A stretch of DNA of 64,000 bases from positions 26,707,240-26,771,239 of the forward strand of contig OZ316894.1 of assembly GCA_973895155.1 (NCBI GenBank). Direction: 5' to 3'. Positions 34,098-48,300 of this stretch are shown here, in pieces. The notes under the pieces were generated by a model. The model was not told the DNA's origin, made no database searches, and worked only from the letters and a program-made list of their open reading frames with translations. The stretch's first letter is position 1. The number at the start of each line of letters is the position of its first letter. This DNA is from Marsupella aquatica. Its lineage: Eukaryota; Plantae; Marchantiophyta. A program made the position numbers and the translations under genes.

Positions 34098-37000
34098 TTA
34101 AATTAGTCCTAAATCTCGGCTGTCCCCCGTGAAAAAGTTGACTAAGTTCGGAACCAGGTCCCTTACCTGATGTCCCTTCCCCCAAAAGGATGCCAGTGAT
34201 AGACCCATAAGAGCCATCACTACAACAGAGCAAGCAGGGGGAACCGCATTACTCGCTCCTAAAAACTGTGAGGCCAGGAGCATTGCTAAAGTAGAGCTTT
34301 GCATCCCTGTACAAAGGGATATTGTGCGAGCATCTTTGTCCGCTTGCCTGCACATGGAAATGACGGACAGATGTTAGGTCCCAGCCATTGAAGTTCCAGA
34401 TCACATAGACACATAGACAAATATATGTGCTTGTCATCTGCTAAACGACTAGCGCCGTAAACACCGAAAGTCCTTTCAACAGGTATCAACATGAACAAAA
34501 AATAAACAACGAACATATTTTAGGCATGCTGCCATACCTCCATAAAGAGAATTTGGAGATCCAGTAACCCAAAACAAATGATCCGATATGGAAAGCCAAC
34601 ACAGGGACCATCAACTGAAGGCCATCCATCGACACGATTCTCGCCCTATTCAGGGCTAGCGGACTGCCAATGCATAAAGATGTGCAAACCATGGCCAATA
34701 ATGGCAAAAATGTGCGTGCTTTGTCGACAGCAGATTTGGCATAAGTGTTTAAAGCCAGACCCAAAAAGACTGGAGCGATCACAACCTGCACAAAAACATA
34801 TCATGGGATGAGCGTCTCGAATGAACGCAACTGGGATTACTTATTACTCATGAATTGCGTTCCGAACTAGACACGATAACTAGTCAAACATTCTTCTCCT
34901 TATATAGATTTTCAGAAAACAATACCTGTAAAATGGACGTAGCCATAGCAATGATATCAACGGGCACAACGGACCCAATGAGTATCCGGGTCAGTAGAGG
35001 TGTAATAGCTACTGAACTTATCGTCGTCAGACTAGTGAGGACAATGCTGAGAGCCACATCTCCTTCACTAAGAAAGGCAGCATAGCTAGAAAGTTGGGCA
35101 CCCGCGACACATGATGTGAGAATGAGCCCAGGTGCAAATGCTGCTGGCACATTGAAGAATTTGACAATCATGAATCCTAGTAGCGGCTTCACCATGTACT
35201 GCGCAGTATACCCAATCAGCACTGGCAAAGGTCTGTCCGACATCCAAGCACCGCTCAAATCAGTTGATGGTGAGAAGCAACCGGATAACAAGCGCTTGCA
35301 TTTGACAGGGGAGATTTCTCACAATTAGCAAAGCTGACGAGTGGGAGAGACTTTCGGGATACGGCAAAAGAACAAAACCAATGACAAGGGACATATTTGA
35401 GAACTCCAAGGCAGCTCTCCTAAGTTCGTCCGCACAAGAAAAAGGTCCTTCGCGAAATACGTTTAACCATTTTGCGAGACACAGCCAATCAACCCACCTT
35501 TGTGCCACCAGGGCGAAATCTGACACGGAAAGCTGGACTCCAATTGACAGCATGATGCCCCCAAGTGCTGGAGCATAGTAATCCTTGCTCACCCTACAGA
35601 AACAGAAGGTACGTTAACTGCTTGTCCCAAGGGTCCTTCAATTTCTTCTGAAGAAACCCGGAATTGCCCAGTGCGTCAAACTTAGGGATAAAACATACGA
35701 AGTGCATTCCCAAGGGACAGGAAAGTACGAAGGCTTTCCGACCACACTCGGCAAAGGGTGGGAAGAAAAATGAAGTAAACACATGCTAACGCCGTATGCA
35801 GGTTAAAAGAAAAATTCGCAATGAGGAATCAGAAGACCGAGTGTGAAGTGTTACTTGAGTGCGAAGATTTTCATTTAAGAGTTAAAATCAAAGATGAAAT
35901 TATAAACACGACTAAAGCAGCGGAAATGGAAGAAACCCATTCGGAGAAAGGAGCTAGGCCTCGAAAGGAAGCTCGCCTCCAAATTAGGTCAAGATCAATG
36001 CCATCAACTGTTTGGTACGTAATTAAATTCAAGATCAATGCCATTAACTGTAGTTTGCGTAGAATTTTTGACAAAATCCTTACCACGTAAACGAAGCAGG
36101 TTGTGTAAGGGCGGCAATTGCAGTGCCCGCAACTACATAAGGGAGCAACTTAGATAAGGTCTTCGAAATGTCAGCCTTCTTCCCTTTGTTATACTTCCTC
36201 ATCTTGATCCCAAAAGTTACCTTGGAAACGTTGCCTTCCCTTTTGCACGTGCCAACACGCCCTTTGTGCTTCGCCATGGCGACAACCCGAAAAGCTCTGT
36301 CTTTGAGTCTTCTCAGCGAATGGAGACGATTGGAGAGAAACAGTTGGCAGAAGAGAGGGAGCAAAGAAGAAAAGCCCATGGAAGTAGAAGCTTCTTCGTC
36401 GCCAAGAAGCCCACCACGACCATCTGAAGGTGATCTCTCCTTTGAGCATGACCGTCTCTGTACCAGACTCCTCCCAGGAGCTGGAGGCAGCTGAAATAAA
36501 CGGAGATTTCTTCCTGGGGCAAGGAAACAAACACCCTCAGAAAAGAATTGTAAAAGCATACATTTCCGACTTTCAAGGCCCCATGCTCCATGTTAAACCG
36601 ACCGTCACATCTTGTACACGTCCGACTCCTGTCCTACAAAATGATGTATGACGCAGCTCTTTTGCAACCACAGTCCATTACTTGCAACATGAGTTCCAAT
36701 AGGGTTGACAAAGACTAAGATTTGCCAGTTACAGTTTGTTCAAAGAACGCCATCTCCGTTTTCAGCCTTGTCCATAGTCCATTTCTACGCCAGCTGTCGG
36801 AAATCATTTATAGGTCAATCGAGAGGCAAATACGATCACAATTGAGCGAAGAGTCCAGGCTAAGAGTTCATTCAAGACTTGAGATGGGAGGATGAGAGAA
36901 GAGTCCAGGCTAAGAGTTCATTCAAGACTTGAGATGGGAGGATGAGAGAAGAGTCCACGCACGTAGTTCATTCAAAACTCGGGAAGGGAGGATATCTCTG

Positions 37001-37217
37001 CTTCACTACACTTACCTGGACGTCTGCTCGAGAATCCTTCTCCGGATTTTGTCAAAGCTAAAGAAGGTAAACAGCGCGCGCTTGTCGATAGAGCACTAGC
37101 ACACGCTGTGACCTCGACAGAGCATAGCGGAGCATGCCTCCTTGATGAGGCTGATGTACTACCCGCAGCCAGCCACGATGTGCAGCAAGCAGAGGTGCCC
37201 ACCAAAATGGAAGCCAT
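34098..37217 (-). CDS. BASS3: Plastid bile acid:sodium symporter family protein (BASS3-like), 6 exons: 37217-37016, 36513-36084, 35593-35498, 35232-34926, 34785-34538, 34347-34098
   Basis: Ser/Ala-rich transit peptide, then PASFTW|VSKDYYAPALGGIMLSIGVQLS, AQYMVKPLLG, CVAGAQLSSYA, GSVVPVDIIAMATSILQ|VV, RTISLCTGMQSSTLA. GT-AG introns preserve the frame. Confidence 0.94.
36848..36990. repeat. 50-bp tandem repeat (2 exact copies plus 1 degenerate) in BASS3 intron 1
   Basis: gaagagtccaggctaagagttcattcaagacttgagatgggaggatgaga repeated head-to-tail. Confidence 0.9.
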
Positions 37218-38683
37218 TCCTTACTGCAACCAGTAGATTCAATCTCACTACCCAAAACACTCACAGGGATGGAGAGATGAATGGATTGCAAAAACACAAT
37301 CCAGAGACCTCCAACCCCAAGAATGAAACTAAATCATAGGAGAGCTGTGGAGCGAGTCTGCTCGAATCAAAACAACCTCATCCCTCGATAGGATATCACC
37401 TCCACCAACATTCATCATTTCCGAAACCGTAAGACTGGAACGAAAATCAAGCTGGACTCCCTCCAGCCAGCTCCTAAACCACCTCCTCCAAACGATCGGT
37501 TCAGGAGATGACTCCCCAACTTAAACTTCCTTTCCAATTCTTGACTCACACTGGTCCTCTTCAAGGATCTCCCTGAGGACAACTGCAGATATCAACTTCG
37601 TGTCCCTGCATGTTGCAAAACGCGAGAAATGCACATGCAACTACCGAAGAACTGACTTGAACACTGAACCACGTAGTAGCTAGAAATATGTCTCTTCGTT
37701 CACCTTCCTGCCTGCTCCAGTTCAATCGAATCAAATCAAACGAGCACTGTAGTTTACTCTGCTGGGCTGCAAGAAGAAGTGCCAAATTAAAAAGAAAGGC
37801 GGCGCAGCCACACTGGACAGAAATGTCCCAGAACCGTGACAAAACTCTTCGCAATAGACAGCAGCGCCCGCCTGCCTGGCTGCCTGGCTTGTTGCGGTCA
37901 CTTTGTGGCACTCGTTGCTCGCTCCATCAGTCTCACCAATTGCACCCTCCCTGTGTCGTTTGGCGCATTATTGTCCAACAGCAGTACAGCACCCACCACA
38001 GTAGACAATTCGATCGAAGTACTGAACTCGAACTAGAAGGCTCCTGTACCACTGGCTGCACTGTGTGCGGCCACACGCCCAATCACCCTCCCTTAACTCC
38101 TCACTCGCAAGCCTAAATAACGAATTGGAACGATTCATCCCTTCCCGTTCCAAAGTAGCATTGATGACCTCGATGAATGGATGCCTCGACCGGAAGGGCG
38201 GATGGTAATCGAACAGGTTACGAAGGCATTAGAATCTAACGGCTGCTGCAGTGTGGTCGATTTCGAGGAAGATGACGGCCACACGTTCTTCCATCATTGA
38301 CTGCAATCGAGAGGACCGTCGGTTGAGAACTTGAGATGTTACTATGGGAACCACGGTGATAGACTTTTTGTTTTCCAGAAAAGTAGTGGAAAGGAGGGCA
38401 TCTACGATAGTCTCGACCGCGGAGTGCGGAGGGGTAATAAAGGTTCTACTACTAGGACGCCTCAAACCTGCCTCACCCCGTTTTGGGGGGCATGGCTGAG
38501 CTGAGGACAGAGGGGGGAGAAGGTTCTAGTAGGGGCCTCTCAAACCTGCCAGACCCTTCTTTTGGGTGCGGGCATCCTGAGCTGAGAAGGAAATCTGGAG
38601 TGTGTTGGGATGGTGGACTCGCCAAACTACCACTGGTAGGTTATTATTTGCCTTGACCCGGTTGGGAGATCCAAACTCGGTTG

Positions 38684-38766
38684 AGCCAATTAACTAAAGT
38701 GACATCGATTAACAATAAGTAGGGGGCCAATTAACTAAAGTGACATTGATTAACAATAAGTAGGGG
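38684..38766. repeat. About 42-bp tandem duplication
   Basis: gccaattaactaaagtgacat(c/t)gattaacaataagtagggg x2. Confidence 0.85.
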
Positions 38767-41700
38767 CAAGGCAGTAGCGCAGTTAGGAACGACACAGAGC
38801 AGGGAGCAGCGGCAGTGAGCGAACGGCAGCAAGTGAGCACATTCACATTCAGTTTTCACATTGTCGCATGTAAGGTGGAACTATGCAGGGAGGGACTTTG
38901 TAGGGGCATGTTTTGGTGGGAAAGCTCCTGCATCTTGCCCTGTACAATTTGTGGTGCATAAGGCAAAGGAGTAGCTTCGACTGAGTGTAAACGTCACATG
39001 TAGACTGTTTCTGATTGTGTTTAGATACTGTCATAGACTTTTTCCCGGCATATGTGGGCTGCGTAGGGCCACTTATTTCAGGACTCTTGCACATGCAAGA
39101 CGGCCCTAAGTGTCAATAGTGTATGGTTAACGATGGGAGCTATCCCTTTATTGGATGCTATATTATAGTCAACCATGTATGAGGTGAGATCATATAGGGG
39201 AGACTAAATATCCCATAAATGGATGAGTGGCTGGCCTCAACACTACCTCAAGGGTGGCAAACACCGATAAAACATATCATTTTCCTGTGTGTTTTGACAG
39301 CATTGTGTATAGTGTATACCTAGCTCATATTCTGGCAAAAGAATTTGGCTGGCACATAGTATATTATATGGATTGTTTTTAATGAGACTAGCCCCGATTA
39401 CTAGTTTTTGAAAGTGAATAGCGGGGAGGACAATAAAAATGTCACCAAAATATATTCTTTATTCACATTCTTTGAAAGTTAATGAAATAATAAAAAAAAT
39501 CATGCAAGTAATTATTTTAATAATTATATATAACCTACCGTACTCTTTTTATGCACATCCCTCTTTCTATGCACATATGTTATGGTGACCATAAAGTAAA
39601 TTTTTAATGTAAATAGAAATCATGACAAAAATCATGACTTGCTTATCATTTGGCATACATGATCATGAGTTTTCCATGCACATGATGAGCCATCTAGTAA
39701 GATCTAGAGGCTTCACTCTAGAAGCCTAGGCCCCAACTCTAACTTGCAGTTGGCACTTTATAAGTAAGATATAATACTCAAAAAAATATACTTAAGTCAA
39801 GTCAACTTGTCTGTGATTGAAAAAGTGAATAATGAACCGGACCAGACAACCTCAATGGTCACTTCACCACCTAATAAGACACTATAAAAGCCAAAAATGT
39901 TGCCCAACAAGTTCTCGGTCACGGCCCTAATAGCAGAGGTTTGACTGGCCCTACTTTAATCTGAAGAGGACAGCGAAAGGATTGCCTTCTACTGTAGTCT
40001 TCTACATTGCGCTGAACTGACTTTTGCTCTTTGCCTGGGCACCCAAGTACTGCCCGCAGGCAAAGGACAGGACTGTTTTTCTCATTTGCAGTCTAGTAGT
40101 ACAGACTGCAGTCTGTTTAATCATGAGAGAGATGCAGAGACGCGAGAGTGATCAGAGTGGCGCTGCTACTCTTTCCAACCCCCCGGACACCCATATCCAC
40201 CCTCAAGGCAAAAGGGGAAACAAAGGGGAGTGAGTGAAAAGGTAAACACAACAAGAGCACCAGAATTTTGGCTGAAGCTCTCTCAGTGGAAAAAAATGAC
40301 TGCAAATGAACCCCATTATGCGGCATAGGCCGAGCACGGCCATGATGGCCTTTGTTGTCGTAATGCAATTTCTGAAGCATTTTATGTATCGGCAGTTCTA
40401 TTTGCACTAGATATGGAGCATGACTCGTGCGGGAAAGCTTTTTCAAACAGTCTGACAAAACAAAGGACTAAGGAGTCTTTAATGCAAAGGTGAAGCACGT
40501 TCACCGTCTACAATGTCACCCTCTTTGGTTGATTCTCAGTCCGACCCCGACTCTGCCTCTGTTGCTTGCTGGGATCCAGTTAGACTGATTCTCCTCCTAT
40601 CACCTGGTCAAATCCAGGGGACCCCAAATCTTCCCCTGTCGCTTGTTGGGCCTTAACAAAAGAGTCCTTCAGTCGCCTAACCTCTTCCACAATGTCGCCT
40701 GGGCAGGACAACAAGTACATGAGCTCAGTCACTATTTGCAAAATAATACACTGCCCGGTTCTCTGCTACTACTTGTCTAGACTCCAATAATTCAACCCCG
40801 CCTTGGATCAGGCGACCCCTGTTTCGGATGGCCTCCGTACAGCTGGGAGCTCCCCAATAAAATCTCCCCTGAAAAGAATCCAGGCCCACACAATCTAGGC
40901 CCTGCGATGAGCATCTCCACAACGTAACTACTTCTTGCCATTTTACAAGCACAATTTCTTCACCGGCTTCTAAAAGCTGTGATCATCCATTTGGCTGCTC
41001 AAATAACTACATATAACTACATTTGCACTAGTGCTAAATAAGAAACGATGTGTAAAGTTTTGATACTTTCCATATATTTTGCCTTTCTCTTGATTTCTCA
41101 TTCACATCCGAGTCCTCTGTGTCCCCCCCCCCCCCCCCCCCCGCGCAAGTTCCTGGTTGCCCTTTTGGGTGTTTGGAGCTTCCCAATTTGTTTCAAGCAC
41201 AGGAAGTTCTTAAGATACCGATTGGTACAAACATGAACCCAGCCCCGAGACCCCGGTTTTGCATAGGGCTCATCGAGCGCTTCAAAATGAGTCCAAACAT
41301 GATTATGTTTGGATTAGAGTTTGTGCAGCAATGCCTATTTGAAATTTCAGAGTTTTTTTATGTTTTGATCATTCTTCCCTTTTTGTGCCTCTTGTAGAGC
41401 CTCTGGGCGGCCCCCACCCACCAGGATGCCCACATGTAGGCATGCAATTCATGGCATGCCTTTGTGGCTTTGATGCTCCCCTTGAACCAAATTCTACCAC
41501 CACCAGAAACCCTGCTCAACTTTGACTTCCAGTTGTGGTATTAACTTATTAGAACTAGTAACAAAAAATTAAAAACAATCAGTCACTTGAGAGACATCTA
41601 CTTGTCTTTTGACTTATATACACAGTTACAAGATGACACTATGATATTTTTGTGACCCTATCACAACGTGGTCATCCTCCTTTACCAACTTTGTGACATG

Positions 41701-42139
41701 GATTGCTAGGTCCCTACAAGGATTATATGGGTGTAGGTGAGCAAGCAAAATTGAGAGCAAAAAAGGGTCAGTTTCATGATGATATAGGCTCTGGGATTCA
41801 TTATAGACATGAGTAATGGGACGAGGCAAGTCAACCTCGCAATCACAGTCATAGTTTCTTGAGTCTGATGAGCTGTATTTACCAATGTTGGGCCTAGACT
41901 GATTATCTGGGTTCATGGAGTCCATGTTCCCTGTGTATCATGGACAAAGAGCTTAGCAAAAAACACCTTAATATGGCATTGAAACTGGCACTTACATGAA
42001 GATATTTAGATGGATAAGCAGTTAACGAAAGCCAGAATGAAAATTCAGACAATTTTATGGTAAAATCATGTTTCATGCAATTTTCTTGGTTGTAGTCGTA
42101 AAGCATCCGTCTTAAAATGCAGCGTGTCATTACAACACT

Positions 42140-42345
42140 GGAGGGTTTCTTACATAAAATGAGGAGACATTGTGCTACTTGGGGGGTTCATACATGAAAT
42201 GAGGCATCCTAACCTGACTTGGAGCGTTCTTACTTGAAATGAGGTGTCCTTACCTGAGTCGGGGCGTTCTTGGTTTGAATGTGGTGTCCTTACCTGACTT
42301 GAGAAATTTTAGTTTAAATAAAGTTTTGTTACCTGACTAAGAGAG
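42140..42345. repeat. Degenerate 40-bp tandem array (about 5 copies)
   Basis: Recurring cttacctgacttggagcgttcttacttgaaatgaggtgtc-like unit; gaaatgagg occurs at about 42196 and 42236. Confidence 0.7.
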
Positions 42346-44124
42346 TCTTAATATTGCGTCCATCTCAATCCACAAGGATCTGAACATGAATGAATTGTAG
42401 CGACAAAACAATTAAATTGATTCACTATCTACCATTGGCTCGCCTTTGTTCTATTGTGATGTCATCCCAGGGTGAACTGCACTGCTTTTGTAACAGATGT
42501 TTGGGAGAAAATGTTGTTGTGCAAAGATGTCATTGTGTAAAGATGTCATTGCCAAAAGATGTTTAAGGGCAAAATAATGTTCAAGGGCAAAAGATGTCAT
42601 TGTTGTACAAGATGTTTGTGGATAAAATGTTGTTGCGCAACAATGAAGTCTATAAAATATTTCATTTCTGTCCCATCCATCAAGTGCATGTCATTTAGAA
42701 CATCTTTATTCCGTTTTCTATGTGCCTAGTTTTCTATTGGTAACTTTGCGTTTTTTTATTGCACATTAAAAAAGTCCATTCTCTCCTCCCAAAGGAAAGA
42801 AAGCCACACCCTAAAAACAGATGGGGCCTACCTCCCCACCTGAAAAAATGGAAAGAGGTGAAACTTATCTAAAAAAGGGTAAACTACTCAAAAATGAAAA
42901 AATTGCTTAGTTGCTCATTTTCTTTCCTCCAAGTTGTCATATCACTTACCCAGCAATGATGAGTATATGGAGTGTAGGCTCTACATGTATGGTGTGCACT
43001 TCTTTTACCCCATGTGCTCGAATTTTCATATTTAAAAAAAAATATTAAATTGTAAGGAGAAATCTGTGAAACCCTACAAAAAGGGAATAGACAATCACAA
43101 CACTTGAACCCAAGACCTACTAGTATTCACTCATATGAGCTACCACTCAGCCGCTACCACTCAGCCATGCCTCTCTGGGGCTCGACTTGTCACATTGATT
43201 AATATACATTCTTTATGGTTTGTATCATTTTCCAAACGATTTCACTGCTCAAGAAATGGAGTGCATAAATCTGAAGGCTCTTGTAGATTCGCTCTAAAAG
43301 TAAGTTTGTAAAAGTAAAGACTTTCGTGACTTTCTCTTTGTATATTTGAGTGCATTAATTAAACACCATAAATATAGTTAAAATAAAAATTAAATATAGT
43401 TTTACCACACAATGCCCTCTAACCAGGACATGACATTATCCTATTCAGATGAACCATTTTTGGTAATATTAGATATTATAATATATGATTTAGGGTTTTT
43501 CTAATCAGATGAGTAAAAAATATGGTAACGCCACGAATTTTTTCCTCACAACAGGAAGCAGGTGTGCTTGCATGGTACAATACCTGGAACATCGGGAGAT
43601 AGCCGCAATAATAATATATGCACTGGCTCGATGGGCCAGGATTCCGGCTGCCCGGCTGTGTGTGAGTGCCGCCGGCGCTAGTCCTCTATGGCCCTATGGC
43701 TCTATGGCTCTAATGAGGACACCGGGTTCACTTTTCGGGCTGGTCGACTGCTCATTCTGATGGATGATCCCATCGCTCTCGACAGTATGGATTGATAACA
43801 ACAGTTCGCCAAAGTGCGTCGGAGACAAAAGCACGGATGAATTCGTCCGATGGCCCACTTGGTACGTGTGGATTGGGATGCTGGGCCCCCCCTTCTTTTG
43901 TCATCAGATTCATCGCAAACTGTTGAAGTGCTGACTTAAGCTTCTGGCTTTATTCTCTTTGAGCTGAATGTGGTAACACAAGGACGCTCGGCTCGGCTCG
44001 GCTCGTCAGCAAGCTAAAATGTGGGCGTATTTGCAGCGCAGGACCTACTGGAGCGGTGAGCGAAGTAACGCATCGACATTTCTTGGGGTTTGACGTGCTG
44101 TTTCCCGCTGCGACACTCGCCTTG

Positions 44125-44345
44125 TCCCCTCCATATGGTGTGATGTACGGTTGGGAGGAAAAAGGTGTCGAGGCTCGACTGCATTGCTTCGACTCTAGTA
44201 TTGTGCCTTCCCTACGGTGTCATGGACGGATGGGAGAAAAAGGGCGTCGAGGTTCCACACGCACAGCTTTGCTTTGACACTCATCTCGTGCCTTCCCTAC
44301 GGTGTGATGGACGGATGGGAAGAAAAACGTGTCCAGGTTCCACAG
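44125..44345. repeat. Three diverged copies of a roughly 75-85-bp unit in the upstream/leader region of the DUF547 gene
   Basis: gtgccttccctacggtgt(c/g)atggacggatggga...aggttccaca at about 44203 and 44288, with a more diverged copy at about 44125. Confidence 0.75.
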
Positions 44346-45340
44346 CTGCGAGTGCGCACTCATAATCTGTTTGATTGATCGAGTGACAGTTAGTTAATAT
44401 TGCTGTTGGGGATCAAAATACTGTTACATGCACATACTCCGTTACAGATCCTCGCGTGATTTGTCTCTCAATGATCTGATGAGGTCGGCGGACCAGGGGA
44501 GCCGAAGTGCCAGAGGTTAAGTGCCAGAGGTTTGTGACTAGGCGCTGCAGTCAGTAGTCAGCCTAGCTTCCGGTTCACGGAATAATTCGTTCATCTGCGG
44601 TTTCGTTACCGGATATTGTTGGGTTCAATGTGGTAATGCACTTCCGTGTTTTGCTGCAATTCGTCTCGGGACCATGATCTCGTACATGGAATCAAGTGAA
44701 AGGCAAATGGTGATTCTCCGGAGCCGCTCTGTCGAGCTCGAGTTTTGTCAATGTCGGCTTCGTTTTCTCTGGTGAGATTCTCATCTGGCCCCGTTAAGCT
44801 GTCAAGTGTCTTGCTAACTCCCCATTCCCTCCGAAACGCATAAATTGCTGTATCCCCGGTACTACAGTTCTATTCTGTTTCGACATCTTTCTATGGGCTC
44901 GTGTTGGATAACTTCAAGTTTTCACTCAACTGATCTCTAAATCCTTGATACGTCTGATCCTCTTTGTGACAAGGCAATCATCGACGACTTCTTGGTACGA
45001 ATTGGCTAAGTGCTGTTGAGACGACGATTAGAAATTGACCAACCAATCTATTCGTGTCTCACAGGTGAAAGGGTAGTAATCGCTTTCAAGATGGCACTCC
45101 TTGTCATTTGAGGTGGCACCCAGGAGGCGCTAAAGTTGGATTTCACAGCTGGGGTGGATTAGGGATAGTTATAGTTAGTATCATGTACTGGGTTTAGGAA
45201 ATATAGTTCAGGGAGAACCATCACAATTTGGCGTAGGTTCTTGTCGAACTGAGTATGCTGTGATAACGTGGGGACCGTGAAATATTCACACGATGGGGAG
45301 CGTGGAGTGATGATCGAAATCGAAGGTTTGGAGTCTCACC

Positions 45341-48300
45341 ATGAAAGAATTGCAAAGTACGACTTTTGTGGAGCCTGCACCATTAGCAGACGAACAGACT
45401 ATCTTGCGAAGTATACCAGACACTTCCAGAGATACTGGCCACTCGCTTCTTCTCCTTCAGCTTCGCACTGAGCTCGAGGTAAGAGTCGGCCCAATCAAAT
45501 TTTTCTGCTGTCGGCTGTTCCCTCTTCGCTTCTCACGGACTGTGGATGCGCGTACATGTGGGTATTGCCAGTTTGTAACGATTGATGCAGTTGGCCCCAG
45601 TTGGGCTCATGCATTTCGATGCTGGGGGCCGAGGAATGGCCGAAAGCGGTATGTTATCGTTCTGCGGTGAAAAGAGGTTGATGTTGTAACGGAGAGAAGT
45701 GCTTCGTTAGATAACGCGTCTGACAGAGAGTAGAACGGGAGTGTTTGGTCAAGATTCCAAGTAGTGAGTAGGGCAGAGTTTTGAAAGCGTTTGGAAGTAA
45801 ATGCAGTCGTCATTGTTAGTCGGCAACGTTTAGTCGGTTAAATCAGCAGATCGGGGTTTTGGTTTCTAGAACGAACCGGTTGGTAGGTCGGTACGTCCCT
45901 AGGAGTTCGCTGTCGCTTGCATAAAATCACTTGAGAAGCTCGAGGAAAGTCATACATATCATGAACTCTATGATGACAGTATCTTTTCCAACTGGGTAGT
46001 TCTAGAGCATTGTCGACTGGGCACCTGCATCGACAGTAACATTATGTTGTGCGCACTTTGGAGATGCAGGGGAAGTGGAGGCCCGACAAGTTTGGGATTC
46101 TGCGGAAATGGATGAACGCATCACCAAAGCATTGGGTAATTTGCTCCTGCCATCCATATATCGCTGTGCGCATATCCAGATCTCGGATATCTGGGTTTGA
46201 GAGGCTGTTATGATCCAACAGCTGCCTTGGAACGATCGGACTGAGACAGCAAGCCTGATGTATCTGTTTCTGTTTTAAGTTTTGCCAGAAGGAAGATGCT
46301 TATGACTACCCCGTGCGTCCAGGATTACTTATCCGAAATGTGAACAAAAGGTACAGCTCAATTGTGTACCTGTTATTGACGGACATTAAGTGGTCTTGGT
46401 ATACCTTTGCTGTCATGAGTGGTGGTACCCAGTTATCTCTCTTAGTCTCCTTGGAATCGTCGCCCTATGTCATAGCTCTTTTCATGTCCTGGGGTCCCGC
46501 AGAAATGGGTCGCGGCGTGTCCGGACGAAGAAAGTTGGTGTCATTCCGAAGTCGAAGATGGCTCTTATGGAGCGATTGGCCCAGCAAGTTGCGCCATGTC
46601 AGGAGGTGTGTATTAGTGTCAGGATTGGACGGCCATGAGTTGAGATGTTGTTTGCTAATGATCCTAGGCTTTTCTGTGAGCGAGCAATGTTATTGGTAAA
46701 ATGATTTGAAATGTCCTCAAGTGAGCGATCATCAAACTGCTCGCTGGCACATCGATTTGCAATAATTATCGTTTGCCGCATTGAATTGCGGTGTCGACGA
46801 TGCGGTCACAACTCGTCCTCACATCTCATTCGGTCGTTTTCCTGTTGCGACAGAATGAGAAGTTGGTCGATTGCCGGGGCGACTCGGATGTCCCGTCAGA
46901 GAAGAATCAAAGAAGATCGAGAAGATTCAAGCTTGAAGAGGAAGTGAGTTCTCTATGGGTCACGATGTCGTGGTTATGAAGAATCGATATTCGGATGCCA
47001 TCAAAGCTGAGTTTTTTAAAGCTAACCTGCGGGCGAATGTTCAGGTTATGGTTCTTCAAAAGCAACTTCAGAAGGAAGTCGAACTGCATTTAGCGCTCGA
47101 GAATGTCATCAGCCTCGCTCGTGGAGCTCGCCCTCAGCAACCTAAAGATATTCCGACTAGTGTATGTAGCTTTATGTGTGCCGCTTCGTGTGACAATTAC
47201 TGATAAGATGTTGAATCATACACATCTTTCCATTTCTGATGTTCAATGGTTTGGAATTTTCTGTATGAGTTGAACTGATTCCCTGGCTAACTTGATTACC
47301 TGCAGGCACGCGAATTACTCGAAGATATTGCAGCACTGGAGACTGTAGTCGCTGCCCTGGAAGATAAGTCGAGAGCTCTGCAGGGTAGAATAGGAGATGA
47401 ACGGAGGGAACGTGAATCCCTTGAGAAGAATGGCACCCATTCCCCTCGGCAAAGTTTTGGGAGACCTTCCAAACACGTTCATGTCATACTGCATTCTAGC
47501 CAGGCTCCCAGGAGTCGTCGAACCAAGACACCGCCAAGAGTGCAGCAGCCTTCTGAAAGGGTTGTAGGCTCAAAGCCTGTCCTACTTCACGATAGCTTCG
47601 GTAACACATCCGTCATTTCCGATGCACAGCCTTCGTCCACTTCGGAACATCGGTCCGGCTCTACAAGTGGTGATTTGGAGGGCTTCACGGCAACGTCTTC
47701 GTCGAAGCCTAATCGTTCGGAAACACCTCGAAGGGTTGCACTCTCGTGGAAGTCTAGGGGATCCGATAGTAGCTCTTCCGAAGAATCACTGAGTTCTACG
47801 TTTTCGTCCGATTCTGTTTCCAAACATGAGTTCCTTTCTGTACTTGACTCACTTAGAAGTGGACATTTCTCAACGGCGTTGCAAGCAGACGCTGCTGCAA
47901 TGCGATCTCCATTCTCTCCGTCGAGGATCTCATTCTCTGGAGCTTCTACAAGCGATCAATCAGGTTCTTTCGGGCCGTCTAGTGGTAGGGAACAAGACTT
48001 TGAGGCTTCGTCTCATCTGGTCTCGGAGCTTTTTCCTCTTCCAACATCCCCAAGCACACCGGAGCACCGTGTAAGACCCTCATCTCCAGCTCATGCATCA
48101 ATGCGACAGTCAAGGTGCGATGATGATGCTCTACCATCCCAAGATATCTCGTTTTCCAAACTGTCTAGGAGAATGGGAGAATCCCGGGACGATACTTACT
48201 CTTTGAGCAGGCGAACAAAGAACTCTTCATTTGCTAACGAAGAGTTCTTCACTCCCAAGACTTCAATTTCTGGATTTGGTGATCCTTCCGGTGATTCTCT

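Noticed and set aside
40400-42130. LINE ORF1 or other TE-coding relics
   Set aside because: Weakly suggestive fragments and a poly-C tract, but no motif I can identify reliably, so not listed as a feature.
43100-43170. tRNA gene
   Set aside because: Only A/B-box-like remnants with an internal duplication; no acceptor or anticodon stems can be folded.
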